From Balanoglossus misakiensis (taxonomy: Eukaryota > Animalia > Hemichordata): DNA of 64,000 nucleotides. The DNA lies in assembly GCA_040954595.2 (NCBI GenBank), contig CM082595.2:7732317-7796316 (forward strand). The letters run 5' to 3'. The translations under genes and the position numbers were made by a program. Under the pieces are notes generated by a model. The model made no database searches, was not told the origin of the DNA, and was given only the letters and a program-made list of their open reading frames with translations. Shown piece by piece: positions 38,000-50,066 of the stretch. The stretch's first letter is position 1. Each line of letters opens with the position of its first letter.

Positions 38000-38443
38000 A
38001 GCTGGTGATGTGAGTTGAACGCCTTTGTGTACCCGTATGTACCAGTACAGAAATCACGTGACGCGATTCCACGAAGTCTGGTGTATATACCTGTTCCCCG
38101 TATTGCAATGTTTACTGAACTGTCAATGGTTTGTCACGCGTATATGATAAGCCCTGTCCCCGGCGCATAGTCTAGTGTGAAGAGAAGTGAACGAGCAATA
38201 GCGATGACCTCGTTTGAACTTAGGGGTGGACCATTTGATAACTTGAAGGGGGCTGGGACGGAGATTGATTATATAGCGTTATATTTTGTTATGGAACCAC
38301 AGTATATCTGGCACAGTATGCGTCCGGAAAATGAAAAAAAAAGCAATTGTATATCTGAGAAATTTTGCGCCTGGAAAATGAATAATAAATATGTTCCAGA
38401 AATTTAACTTTTGATGAATTTTGATCCAAAACAACTTTTAATA
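38000..38443 (-). promoter_or_regulatory. Duplicated TRIM upstream block with TCACGTGAC E-box and TATA-like motif
   Basis: Near-identical blocks at 31295-31823, 38000-38443 and 50067-50713. TCACGTGAC at 31349, 38054 and 50121, and also at 46727 upstream of the divergent copy. Promoter function is inferred. Confidence 0.5.
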
Positions 38444-38512
38444 ATAATAATAATAATAATTTATTCAGAATGCACTGCAGGCCTCCAGCCTTTTGTGCCA
38501 AAATGCTTTACA

Positions 38513-41500
38513 TTAACATGAACAGTGACCTTTGAAATATGTACAATATATACAGAACTTAATTCGTGTACTAGGACGAATAAAAATCAAAATCTTATTT
38601 CTCTCGAGGTATTTTTTCCTCAACTCAAACGCAAAAAATAAGTAGGTACTCAACTTTCTCAGTGTTTCGTTATGTTGTGAAGATAACAAGGTTTTAAATT
38701 TATCAATACTGGGGTTTATGGTGTATTGGGGAGGGAGATATTTTGATCTTAAGGGGTTGTAAAGTTTACAATTCAAAAGGAAGTGATACTCATTTTCGAT
38801 GCTGCCGTCATTACAAATACAGAGTCTGTTCTCTCTTGAAAGTTTCTTATGTCTTCCTTGTTCTATTAAAAGATTATGACTTGATATACGGAAATAGGTG
38901 AGCGTGTGTTTAAAAATAGATTTCATAGGGGTCAATAGGTAAGGTTCAAGTGATAAACAGGATTTGTACAATCTATAAGTGTCAAGTCTACTTGAACAGG
39001 TAATGGTTGAATGCCACTCTTGTTCATCAATATCTTTACAGCGCTGTTTAAACTCAGAAATAAACTTGGACACATTACCAACACCCTGGTTGTACCATGC
39101 TTCCGCAAAACCATAGTAAAACAAAATACTTTTCACTGCTTTTGCCCAGCATTCAATCCCTCTCTCAGCTATGCTGTGCTGTTCGAGATATGCATGATGA
39201 ACGTATCTATTTTCGCCCATTTGTAAAATTCTTAACCAGTAATTAATTATTCTATGAAGTCTCATTGTACGCATGGCGTACCTCCCAAGCTCACCTCTGG
39301 TTGCTGCATTATTCGCTTGGGTATTTAACCTTAAAATGGATTTACAAAATTTAATATGGACACGTTCAATGGCTGGCGCTTCAACATATCCCCAAACTTC
39401 ACTTCCATACGTAAGGATGGGTAGTATTTTGGCGTCGAAAATCTTAAGACACATTTTGATAGGAACATCACCCAGGGATTTTAGGCGAGCTGTTAATAAA
39501 AAAAGTGGCTTTGGAAGCTTGGTCAGCTAGTACTGACTGTGTCTTTGTCCACACACCCCTGCTTGAAAGTACTATACCCAAATATTTAAAATAAGGGACA
39601 ACTTCAATAGGCTTGCCCTTGTAACTCCATTTTTCGTAGTGTCTTAATCTACCCCCTTTTCTGAAAACCATAATACCTGTCTTATCTAAATTCACAGTCA
39701 ATTTGTACTTATCACAATAATAACCCAACTGATTTAAAAGTCTCTGGAGTTTTATCTTAGTTTCCGCAATTAGAACTAAATCGTCGGCAAAGAGAAGGTA
39801 GAAAATCTCAATTAAACCCATAGAGCAGCCACTTATCAAGTTATCAGTAACACATTCATCATGGAGATCGTTAATAAAAAAAGCGAAAAGATAGGGGGAA
39901 AGAATACAGCCTTGTCTGACTCCATGGGGGCAGTGAAAAAACTCGGTCAACCCTTCTCTACCAAGCACACATGTTTTCACACTCTTATAAATAGAGGAAA
40001 GCATTCTAAACATTTTACCCCGAAGGCCCGCTTTGCCCATTTTATAGAAGAGAGCCGCTCTATTGATTCGATCGAATGCCTTCTCAAAGTCGACAAATGC
40101 GCGGTACAATCTGCCCCTGCTTTTACTTAAATATTTCTGTATCAGGGTGTGGAGGATGAAAATATTATCAGCAGTACAATAACCTTTTCGAAAACCTGCG
40201 TGTTCCTCTCTAAGAGGGGCGCAGTTTTCTTCCCAAAACAAAAGCCTATTATACATTATCCTGGTAAAATTTTTACTGATTATTGGTAAAAGTGTAATGC
40301 CCCTGTAATTATTTGGAATATGTTTATCACCTTTTTTGAAAATAGGAAAAATTATACCCTCAGCCCATGCAGTAGGGAAATTACTTGAGTTGAATACTAC
40401 ATTGAATAGATGTCGTAATATGGAAATAACAACCGGGCTACAATGCTTATAAAATTCGGCAGAAATACCATCTATACCAGGTGACTTATTTGATTTTAAA
40501 CATTTAATACTATCTATTATTTCTTCTTCCGTGATTTCCTGGTCTAGTATCTCCAGTACAGTATCATCCTCGTTGTATATGTCATCTTCTTTTTGTAGTA
40601 GTTCTTCGACGTAGCGTTCCATCCCATCCCATACGTCGGTAAAATGGCTCTGGCTTCCCGAATCAGTGGGGTTAAACAACTTTAGAAAATACTCGTACCA
40701 GTCTTCATTATTTATTAGGGGTGAAGTACAACTTTTGGCACCTTTGAAGTAGTCCCAAAATTTCCTGTTGTTGTTTTGTTCAAGAGCAAGTTCAATTTTA
40801 TGTAGAGTATTTGTCTTAAAATGTGCCTTTTTATCCCTGATTAAATTCTGGTAGGCTCTCTTTTGATTTCTATAAAGCTCCAAATGATTTGGATTCCTCT
40901 CTTGTCTGTACATGTTCAAAAGCCTGTGGACTTTTTTACGCTCGATATAACAATCCTTGTCAAACCAGTTGTCGTGCGTTTTAGCTTTATGCTGGGAGTA
41001 ATTTCTTTTAGCAGCAATGTAGAACAAATCATTAAATTTTGTGGCTAGGATGTTACTTTCTGGGTTTGTTAATAAGAGCTGTAAAAATTCGTCCACAACA
41101 TCTTGAACAGGAGATTTGTCAAATGAATCGATATAAGACTTTGCATCAAAAAAATATTTACAAAACTGTTTATAGATAATGGGACTAGTCGTGTTTCTTT
41201 CAGTCGAACTAGTATCTATATCGTTGTCAGGGAAGATAACGGAATACTCTAGAGGGAAATGATCGGAATCAATTCGACTACCGATTTTAAACTTGGAGAT
41301 TTTACATAATAAATCTCTAGAGACAATCAGGTAGTCTACAGAACTCTTCCCTGAGGTACCCACGCACGTATATTCACCATGGCTGTCATCTGTTGACCTT
41401 CCATTGACAATGTTTAAAGCAGCTGTTTTACATAGACTAATAAGCCTTTCTCCATAATCATTGACTACAGAATCACAGTTGTTTCTTTTAACATAGTGTG

Positions 41501-42040
41501 CTTCTTCGATGTATGATGGGTCGTCAATAGGGACGTAATCAATGCAATCATGTACAACAGAGTCTTCAAGAGTGCCAGTTCTGGCATTGAAGTCACCACA
41601 GAGTAAAATATTACATTTTTCAAACATGTTATTAAAGGAAGAAATACAATCTTCAATATTGACAAACATGTTATCGTCTGAAAACCGCGACGACCCTTGC
41701 GGTGTTACATAAATAAAACCCAATATCCACGGTGTGGTTTCACACCCTGGTGGAGACAACTTTAACCACAACATATCGTCATTTTCATTAGGCAGGAGTG
41801 AGATAAATTTACATAACCCATGCTTTATAAAGACGAGAATTCCCCTGATGGTCTCCCCCTTTTCGTTAAACGTTTTCGAAATGAATGGAAACTATTATAC
41901 CCCTCTAGAGAAAAAGGTTGATTTTCTGTAGTCCATGTCTCCAGGAGACAAATTATGTCAAAGTCGGAGAGATACGAACTAAAGTCAATTTGGCTCCATT
42001 TGGATTTTAAGCCTCTAACATTCCATGAAATACACTGCAA
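38513..42040 (-). pseudogene. LINE ORF2 endonuclease-reverse transcriptase, split by frameshifts (41825-42040, 39468-41774, 38513-39454)
   Basis: APE motifs SWNVRGL, LLETW, GDFNAR, VDY and SDHFP. RT motifs KSPGIDG, NYRGITLL, FVDFEKAFD, GVRQGCILSP and FADD. C-terminal CCHC motif. Confidence 0.9.
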
Positions 42041-42112
42041 GCTTACATGTGTTATGCATGACTTTGGTCCTTGTCCAATTTCTTTATCTTTACCTTGGCC
42101 TTGACCGGTTTC

Positions 42113-43147
42113 CTAGTCAGGAGTCTGGTTTCTGTCGAGTTCCATTTGGTTAGTATTTCTTGCCCGCATTTTTCCGTTTCTGGCTGGTAATTGTTCTATT
42201 TGTTGCGACGTTTCATTGTAGCCGAAGACCACTTTCCCCTCGTCTGAAACAGCGACAAGTTTGTCGTATTTGAGCCACGCCTTGGTCCCCTTGTCTTGGT
42301 TGATAAGTTCTCTTCTTTTGGCTAGAAGTTTGTTCCGGGTAAGACGAGTACGTGGCACGAAGTCTTCGTCGATGCTGACACCTGTGTCTTTCAGTTTGAA
42401 TGTGTTACGCAACACTTGTTCTTTGTCTTTGAAAAGCGAAAACATGGCGATGATGGGTCTACAACCTTTGACCGTTCCATAAAGTCGATGAGCGCGTTCA
42501 ATAATAAACGTACCAGACATACCCAGTTTTGTTTCTATTACTTCTTTAACTTTGGCTTCTGATGTCTCCCAATCCTCGTTTTCACTTTCTTGCTCTATAC
42601 CTCTGAAAATTAGGTTACAGCGTCTTGATCTATTTACCAAGTCGTCATAATTCTTCCGCATTTCTCGAAGTTCCTGTTTTGTTCGCGTAAGTTCGTCTCT
42701 GCACTTTCTAAATTCGCTGTTGTTGATGTTGTCTTCTATGTTATCAATTCTTTTCGTGTTTTCTTCTACTGTTTCTCTAAATTCATCCAAGGTGTCTTCA
42801 ATGTTGCCCATTCTGGTTTCAACTTTGTCAAATCTTGCCTTAATCTCCTTACAGTCAGTTGCTACTTCGTCGATTTTTTCCAGGATTTTGGTGATGTCGT
42901 CTTTGGTTATAGGGTTCTTTGAACGCGTTTGCATTGGGCTTTTGGGCCCCGGGTTGGTTTCCACATCGCCTGCCAGAACTAGCAGAAGCAGGAGGGACAA
43001 TCGTATTGCCACGCTGGCATGGAGCTTATTGTTCGACTGTGCATAATTTGCATATGTTATCTGACTTGCCGTTCCTTTGCCAATGTTTCCTCCAGCAAAA
43101 CATCCGATTCTCAGTCTGTACAAATCCAAATGGATGCCCATTTTCAC
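42113..43147 (-). CDS. LINE ORF1 (2A-like peptide, coiled coil, L1-type RRM/CTD)
   Basis: LLLVLAGDVETNPGP; RSRRCNLIFRGI; IERAHR; IDEDF...R...L; LKYDKL. Confidence 0.85.
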   Translation of the reverse strand: MKMGIHLDLYRLRIGCFAGGNIGKGTASQITYANYAQSNNKLHASVAIRLSLLLLLVLAGDVETNPGPKSPMQTRSKNPITKDDITKILEKIDEVATDCKEIKARFDKVETRMGNIEDTLDEFRETVEENTKRIDNIEDNINNSEFRKCRDELTRTKQELREMRKNYDDLVNRSRRCNLIFRGIEQESENEDWETSEAKVKEVIETKLGMSGTFIIERAHRLYGTVKGCRPIIAMFSLFKDKEQVLRNTFKLKDTGVSIDEDFVPRTRLTRNKLLAKRRELINQDKGTKAWLKYDKLVAVSDEGKVVFGYNETSQQIEQLPARNGKMRARNTNQMELDRNQTPD

Positions 43148-43289
43148 GAATTGGTGTCTCGCTGTATTGCTGAGTGTCTGCCTACCAGTATTTGTTCACC
43201 AAAAAGTCGCCTAATGCTTAAAAGCAACTTTTAATAGGTTCATACAGAAAGTAAATATAGCAACGGAGTTATAAAGTTGAATTGTTTTA

Positions 43290-44016
43290 ATCACTTTGGC
43301 AGCTTGTGGCTTATTTCCCCGTCCCTGTTTTTTTTAGTTCAACTCTTTTTGCTGAGAGGCATTTTCGGGAGAGCTGGAACTCATTGCCACGGATGATCGA
43401 GACCGGGTAACCGTTGTCCTGAAGATATAACGCTCGATTTCCCGCTGATAGCTCGTCAAAGTATCGGGTTCATACTGCTAATCATTGTTCTGCCTGGCTC
43501 CAACAATATACGCAGCAAGGTGGCTATCCAGATCTTGGGGTGGCATATCATGGCTCCAACAATATACGCAGCAAGGTGGCTATCCAGATCTTGGGGTGGC
43601 ATATCATGGCTCCAACAAAATACGCAGCAAGGTGGCTATCCAGATCTTGGGGTGGCATATCATGGCTCCAACAATATACGCAGCAAGGTGGCTATCCAGA
43701 TCTTGGGGTGGCATATCATGGCTCCAACAATATACGCAGCAAGGTGGCTATCCAGATCTTGGGATGGCATATCAACAATACGACGAGTTTCTGTTGGACG
43801 CACACTCGACAGCCATTCTTGAAACTGTTTCACTGCCGTGTTCGTACTCCTTACGGTATTCTTCTTCTTTTGTTGGTCCACAAAGTCGTCCAAATCGCCA
43901 TCATTATATTCCACATACCGATTTTGATGTTGCTGTTGTCGCTGATTTGGTTCGGGCACAGCAGTATCCGTGTCATCTTGAAACAATAACTCAGCAATTT
44001 GGAAAATTTGCTGCAT
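43290..44016 (-). pseudogene. Second Crypton tyrosine-recombinase fragment (N-terminal half), degraded
   Basis: DDFVDQQKKKNTVRSTNTAVKQFQEWL...DLDSHLAAY and, beyond the tandem array, QYEPDTLTSYQREIERY...SRKCLSAKRVELKK.GRGNKP. Collinear with 18625-19340. Confidence 0.8.
43496..43774. repeat. 56-bp minisatellite, ~5 copies, amplified from Crypton coding sequence
   Basis: Unit GGCTCCAACAATATACGCAGCAAGGTGGCTATCCAGATCTTGGGGTGGCATATCAT, head-to-tail, no spacers. Confidence 0.95.
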
Positions 44017-44519
44017 CTCTGGGTCATTGAATGCTTCCGTTGCGATGTCTATTTAGGAAGTGAGTAAATTTTGTCGTTCGTTCGATAGGCATCCATTTCA
44101 TTTTGTATCCATTTTAGTGTTGAATTGTTTTTAAAACGTTACCTTAAAAATGTAGTCGTTTATTTTACTGAACACTACAAAAAAAGTCTGAAGAAGGTAT
44201 AATTGTGAAAATTTTCTGGTCATCTTTATTTGGTAAACGACCGTAAAAGTGACAGTACAGACCGGTCACCCACATGGACAACTGCTCGCGCGCGTGACAC
44301 GCAGTGTCGACGTGACGTTGTCATATTTTTTCTACGTGTGTAACTAACAGTCGTTTGTTTTCCAAATCAATCACCATAATAAATCTTTTATTTATAACAC
44401 AGGTCCGTGGCCATCATGACTTTCGATGTTGACTACCGGTATATCAAATCTCATGAAACCGGATTAGATCTATACGACGTTACGTCACCAACGAGACTTG
44501 CCAAACCTTAGTACATGCA

Positions 44520-44820
44520 ACTCTATCTGCCAAACTTGACTACTGTAACTCACTCCTGTATGGTCTCCCGGAAAACACAATCGCCCTATTTCAAAGAGCT
44601 CAGAATACTTCAGCCAGAATAGTCATGCGCACTAGGAAATTCACGCCTATCACTCCAGTTCTTGCCCAGCTCCATTGGCTACCAGTTCGTCTCAGGATCG
44701 ACTACAAAATTCTGTTGATAACTTTCAAAGTTATCCATAACCAGACTCCCTTGTACATCAGTGATCTACTGCAGCCATACAATCCAACTCGTACACTGCG
44801 TTCATCCACCAAGGAAGTCT
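44520..44820 (+). mobile_element. L2/CR1-clade LINE 3' ORF2 fragment
   Basis: KLDYCNSLLYGLP...QNTSARIV...ITPVLAQLHWLPVRLRIDYKILLITFK...YNPTRTLRSS. Confidence 0.85.
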
Positions 44821-45121
44821 TTAAGACTGTTTCTACTTGTACTCTTTCGTGCGCTACTTTTGTGGGCTCGACTTCCATTGCTAGGTTGCAAATTCGGGAA
44901 CGACAACCAGACTACAGTTTTCAGCTGTGACACGGGCTGGGGATATTTTTTTTTCTTTAATAGAAGAGAAAAAAATTACAAGCACAGACAAAATTTCAGT
45001 AAAGGATATCACGTTTTTTAAGCTCTTGTTTGAAAATTATTTAAGTATTTGAATCTTGAATACATAAACAACGGCATTTATGTTTGACCATTTCGCAATC
45101 AGTACAATCAAGTTAACTATA

Positions 45122-46689
45122 TTATTGACATTGGGATGTGGATATTACACCCACAGTTTTTGTTCTACAGAAATCTTCACATGGTTTAAACTCCAGGTAG
45201 TCAGTCTCAGTCGGGTCAATTTTCGTCTCCATTCTCAGCAATGCTTCCATTTGAGTGGCAATCCCTTTCCTGGCTGACATCAACGTCAACTGCGCTGCAT
45301 TCCCAAAATGCATCAGTTTCTCAGCATACTCTCTTGCATTTGACATGTCACTCTCTGCAAACTCCAGTTCTTTCAGTTGTGCATTTAAGTTTACTTTCCT
45401 TCTATCGTATTCACCTTTCAGCTATCCAAGAAGTTCGTCACCATTTTCACGAATCATGAGAGTGACGTCATCGATTGTTTTCTGGATGTGTTCTTTCATT
45501 TTCTTGTCCTCTGTCTGATAACAGCTGTCGAGAGATTCGGCCGTCTCCATGACTACGGCTTTGCTGTGGCTGGCTTCGTCTTCTTTCACTTTGTCAATTA
45601 CTTCTGTCAAACTTCTTTGCAGTATTCAGTGGCTGCGTCTTTCAAGTATCTGTATTTATGCTTGATGATTTGATGATCTATATAGCCGTGCATTTGTGAC
45701 GGATAGCTTTGTCGCACGTGTCGCAATAGAATTCGACTTCGTTGTTAGGGTGAGCAGAACAGTAGATCGGTGGTTGAACTGAAGCGAGGTCAGCGGACTT
45801 TGCAGACTCGAAATCTTCCAAGGTCATCAGACGGTGTGATTTTGTCACCTTCAAGCGCGAATGTGGAACAGCGCAGACACTGCACAAACAACGTCACACT
45901 CGATGCAATGATTTGTAATCTCATTATTTTTGACACCGAACGTTTGCTTTCGTGTCCACAAAATTGCAGTTTCGCGCTCTTTATTTTACAAAATTTTGTA
46001 ATGTGGGAGGGTGATACCCTCTCCATTCTTTGCCACATTTCATTTATTGGCTGCTCTGTCTAGTGTACCAAGGCAGACTACTTGCCAACCCACCCTACCG
46101 AAGCTTACTTTGACTGGAGTGGCAAAAGTAAAATTCGTCCTCCCCAACATTGAGTTAATTTGCTTTTGAGTTCATTAAAATGCAACTTTGAGCACTGTAT
46201 TTTACAAAATTTTCTTGTGGGAGGGGGACACCCACCCCGCTACTTTTCTTGTTTTACCAATTCTAGCATCTATTGTATTCACTTGTCTTTTTAATTTATT
46301 CATAGATATCTTTATTGCAACGATACTCTATTATATACTTAAATTACTTTAAGAAATGTATAATCGAGGTGTTAGGAGCCTCATTCACTTCATTGCATAC
46401 AGTGTACATGTACATAGGATCAGGACGGCGAATGTTTTCGGCGTGGGGGGGGGGGGGGGGTCATCATATTTTTGGGCCTGTCAAAGAGGGGGGTCATCAT
46501 TTTTTGGTGCTGGGCGAAGGGGGGGGGGGTCGGCCTGATTTTGAAAACCGATGACACAAACTTGCCGCCCCCCACCAACAAGGCCAAACACGGTAGAATC
46601 TTAGCATTCTTGTATCGCTTCGACCAGATCCCACAGACGAGAAAATTCTACTCAATTTCCGCCTGTAACTTTGGCTCCCTGGTCGACAT
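45122..46689 (-). pseudogene. Divergent TRIM pseudogene (RING start, B-boxes, coiled coil; no NHL seen)
   Basis: MSTREPKLQAEIE*NFLVCGIWSKRYKNAKILPCL at 46689-46585; interrupted ~46060-46585; then KSHRLMTLE...VQPPIYCSAHP...FYCDTCDKAI and AREYAEKLMHFGNAAQ...DYLEFKP, with frameshifts. Confidence 0.85.
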
Positions 46690-47269
46690 GTTTAGTCTTG
46701 TCTTCCACGTTGTGGTATGTATGCTCTCACGTGACACTTTTGCAGTCCAAATTCTACGAAGCGAGGCACAAAGCTCCACTTATACAAAACGCAAAGTCGG
46801 TCGTAATTCATATGCGACCAGAGTTCATATGGGTACGCGATCCTTCCTTTAGGTCAAAGGTCAATTCATACATTCTAGCAGTGTACAAGGACGTGTGTAT
46901 TGACACAGTTTAATGACCTCGCCTTTTCTACCTCTGGTAAAATGATCCCGGACTTTGTATTATTGTATTTCATTTATAAAATAAATAATATCAATATACA
47001 CGTGTGTATGAGTATTCATACCATTAACGATACACCACTTTAATTCAATATATATCACACTTAAATATATTTTGTTTCTTTGCAAAAAACATAGTTGGAA
47101 CTATTTTGTGATTAGGCTTAAGATATCCAGAATTATCGTGCGCTTATTGATCTTCTGAATCTATAGAACTGCATTGACATTCTTGCAAATTGCCTTTTTT
47201 CATATAACGGCATGGAAGTGCAGTCTAGCGAGGCCTGCGTGTTTTCTCGCCGTTCAAAGTTCGCTTACA

Positions 47270-47312
47270 CAGCCGTGTAACGCCAGGAACACACAGACAT
47301 GTACGCAGGGTT
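47270..47312. mobile_element. Solo TIR remnant of the 3476-11353 MITE family
   Basis: GCCGTGTAACGCCAGGAACACACAGACATGTACGCAGGGTTA matches 11311-11353 with few mismatches. Confidence 0.7.
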
Positions 47313-48901
47313 AAGTCTAGCAGTACCATTTTAACAACAATATTTATGTCTTGGCATTTGACACCGAGATTCCAACTCCCTAAGTTTATATTAAGTGGAC
47401 AAATCAACCTAGAAAAGTTAGACTGATATTTAAAATCGCCAACAAGCACGGTGTTATCGTCATAATCTCGCCCACATTTTCTTGCATGACTGTCCTGGAG
47501 CCAAGAAAACGCCAGACGGATTCGCCAAGTCTATTATGAATGTTACGCGTTCTAAATTCATTCTTTAACTTATGTGACAATTTCACACACACACAATACG
47601 TTGCAATACACCGCAAATTTACTACGATTATTCTTATTTCCTTGTTTGATATCAAAATATTCTCACTTCTGGGAAATCATCATTTCAAAAAAACTCTTAC
47701 AGACAATTTTATCATATTATTATTTCATCGCAGATTGATAGATTCGGGTGTGTGTGTGACAACGCTCATAATTTCAACACAGAGAATGAAAGAGGGGAGG
47801 GGCATCCGCAGAGACGTGTCACGTTGACCTTTGACCAGATGTCACCAAATTCTTCCTCTTCTCCATATTCTAAACGAACTTATTGAGAACGACCGTTATG
47901 TTTCAGGCCTTTTCACTGAAAGAGACGTATGTTCAGTACAAGTTCAGTCGGACGTGCTTGCTACGTGTATTGGTGTGGTGGGTCTGGTTTTGAATTTCAT
48001 CAAATAAAAGTACAGTCGATTCAACCCAGTAATAAACAACAAAATGAAAACAAAACTCGACATTTCCCAAACACAAACTATTATGTTTATCTCTCATAAT
48101 CTCCAATCTAGGATGAAATAAACAAGTTACAAGACGATCTTCAAATAAAAATAAACAATGGTTCATTTGAATGTCTACATCAGTGTACATGTTTTGTAAG
48201 TTTATCTAATATAACATCACAAGGGAAATATTGTTGAATCGTTGCATAAATTCTACAATAGTGAGGGACATTAGTTGTCACTGTTGGCAATTTCACTGAC
48301 AAGTTGTTTTCTTCTTTTGTTATACACAATAGTTCTTACATTTATATTTACATTTTAGTATATTTGGAATAAGATGTCTTGAGTTACATACAGATTACTT
48401 TCACTTTTACGTTCATTTTGACAGATACGACTTAATCATCAATATAAACATTTGTCCAGACGAACTATCCATGATAAGAACAGGTTCAAATTCTCAAGGT
48501 CCATTTTTTTAAAAACTATACATAACAATTCAAACATTTGTAATTATTTTTCAGTGCATTTGGAATGAGATGTCTAGAGTTACATACAGAGTACTAACAC
48601 TTTTACGATCAGAGTTGACGGAGGCGATTAAACTATAATTTCAATTTGTAAATTTGTCCAGATAAAATGTCTATGATGAGAATAGGTTTGAAATCATAAA
48701 GGGAAAAGGGGACAATGTTTTTAATAAGTACAAACATATCTAATTTATTCAGACAACTAATGTTAAACGACTGCATGGAATTCACCTCCTTTCAAGTTTT
48801 CTTTTTTTCATCAATTGCATAAGCAAGTTTATTTAGTAACATCAGTCGTAAAACCGCGGTTTCTACACTAAGAACGACTACACTACTTCTTGCTGTACAT
48901 T

Positions 48902-50066
48902 TTATTGCGCGAAGACTTTCACGCAATCATCTCCCTGATCACTCACAATGACTGTGTCGTCATCAGTGACACAGATACCGAATGGGTGTACCAGCCCGTC
49001 ATTCACATCATCGACACGACAAACAAACTGACCCCGGGATTCGTATTTCATTATTCTGCTGTTGCTGTAATCTGCGACATACACATAGCCGTGTTTGTCC
49101 ACAGATACTCCGAGGGGCGAGTTCAGCTGACCATCCCCACTTCCGTAGGATCCGAAGGTATACAGGAATTGGCCATCCCCATTGAACACTTTGATTCGAT
49201 GATTGTCGCTATCTGACACATAAACATTGCCAGTATCATCCACACAGATAAACGAGAGACAAAACAACTGACCACCCCGACTCCCTTCCCCGCCAAATGA
49301 TTTGATGCGACGGCCATCTTGGTCGTAAATGTGAATACAGCAACCGTCGCAATCCACAACGTAAACCCTTCCATTCACTGGACTAATAGCGATACCCATG
49401 ACTAAATAAATATCTCCCTTTCCAAAACACTTGAATAATTCCCCATTCTTATCACAGACAATTATCTGATGATTTCCATCATCAGTAATAAAGACATTAC
49501 CGTCCGCTGACACAGCTGCATCAAAGGGACAGAAAAAATTGACACTTGTAAACTTGAACATCTTCTGATGTTTCCCATCTACAGTGAAAGATTGCAATCT
49601 GGGGTTATTTCTATCACAAACCAACGCATCTCCATTCCTCATCACTGTTATCCCCTGAATATCACGGAACTGACCAATCCCATAACCTGACCCCCCAAAC
49701 TTACACACAATTATTACAGATATCAAAATCACACTCCACGCAATGCTTTGTGGGCTCACCTTGTTCACAGGTGTCGCATTTGGCCGTTTCGGTGGCAGTC
49801 TCTCCTTTAGTGAATTGTTCGACCAAGTTATTCATTAATTCGTTGGCCTCAATTCCTTCGACGCCATTATCGTGGAGCTCGTGCGAACGACGACACACTG
49901 GACATGTTATGACGCCAGTTTTCTCTGCCAGCTTCCCCAGACACGGCTCACAGAAGCTGTGTAGACACGGTAGAATCTTAGCATTCTTGTATCGCTCCGA
50001 GCAGATAGTACAGGACAGAAAATTAGCGTCGATTTCCGCCAAGAACTTGGACTCTTTCGCTGCCAT
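48902..50066 (-). pseudogene. TRIM-NHL paralogue with a 1049-bp internal deletion (frameshift); RING and NHL parts otherwise open
   Basis: Junction AAACTTACACAC|AATTATTACAG at ~49708 joins the positions equivalent to 36592 and 37642 of the intact copy. The 3' flank (48535-48901) also matches 35410-35785. Confidence 0.9.

Larger units (their letters stand above)
38444..43224 (-). mobile_element. Near full-length APE-type LINE (RTE-X/CR1-like), ORF2 frameshifted
   Basis: 12-bp TSD CAACTTTTAATA (38432-38443 / 43225-43236). 3' end AATAAA followed by a (TTA)n tail. ORF1 and EN-RT ORF2 present. Confidence 0.92.

Noticed and set aside
35774-38018. Plus-strand ORFs overlapping the TRIM genes (also at 30978 and 48890-50085)
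   Set aside because: Antisense shadows of real coding sequence.
43496-43774. CRISPR-like array
   Set aside because: Units are head-to-tail with no unique spacers, there are no cas genes, and the context is eukaryotic.
35786-49708. Diversity-generating retroelement explanation for the NHL variation (RT next to variable repeats)
   Set aside because: The RT is an ordinary LINE with its own TSD and tail. Both NHL copies are gene duplicates with shared flanks, and no invariant template repeat is present.
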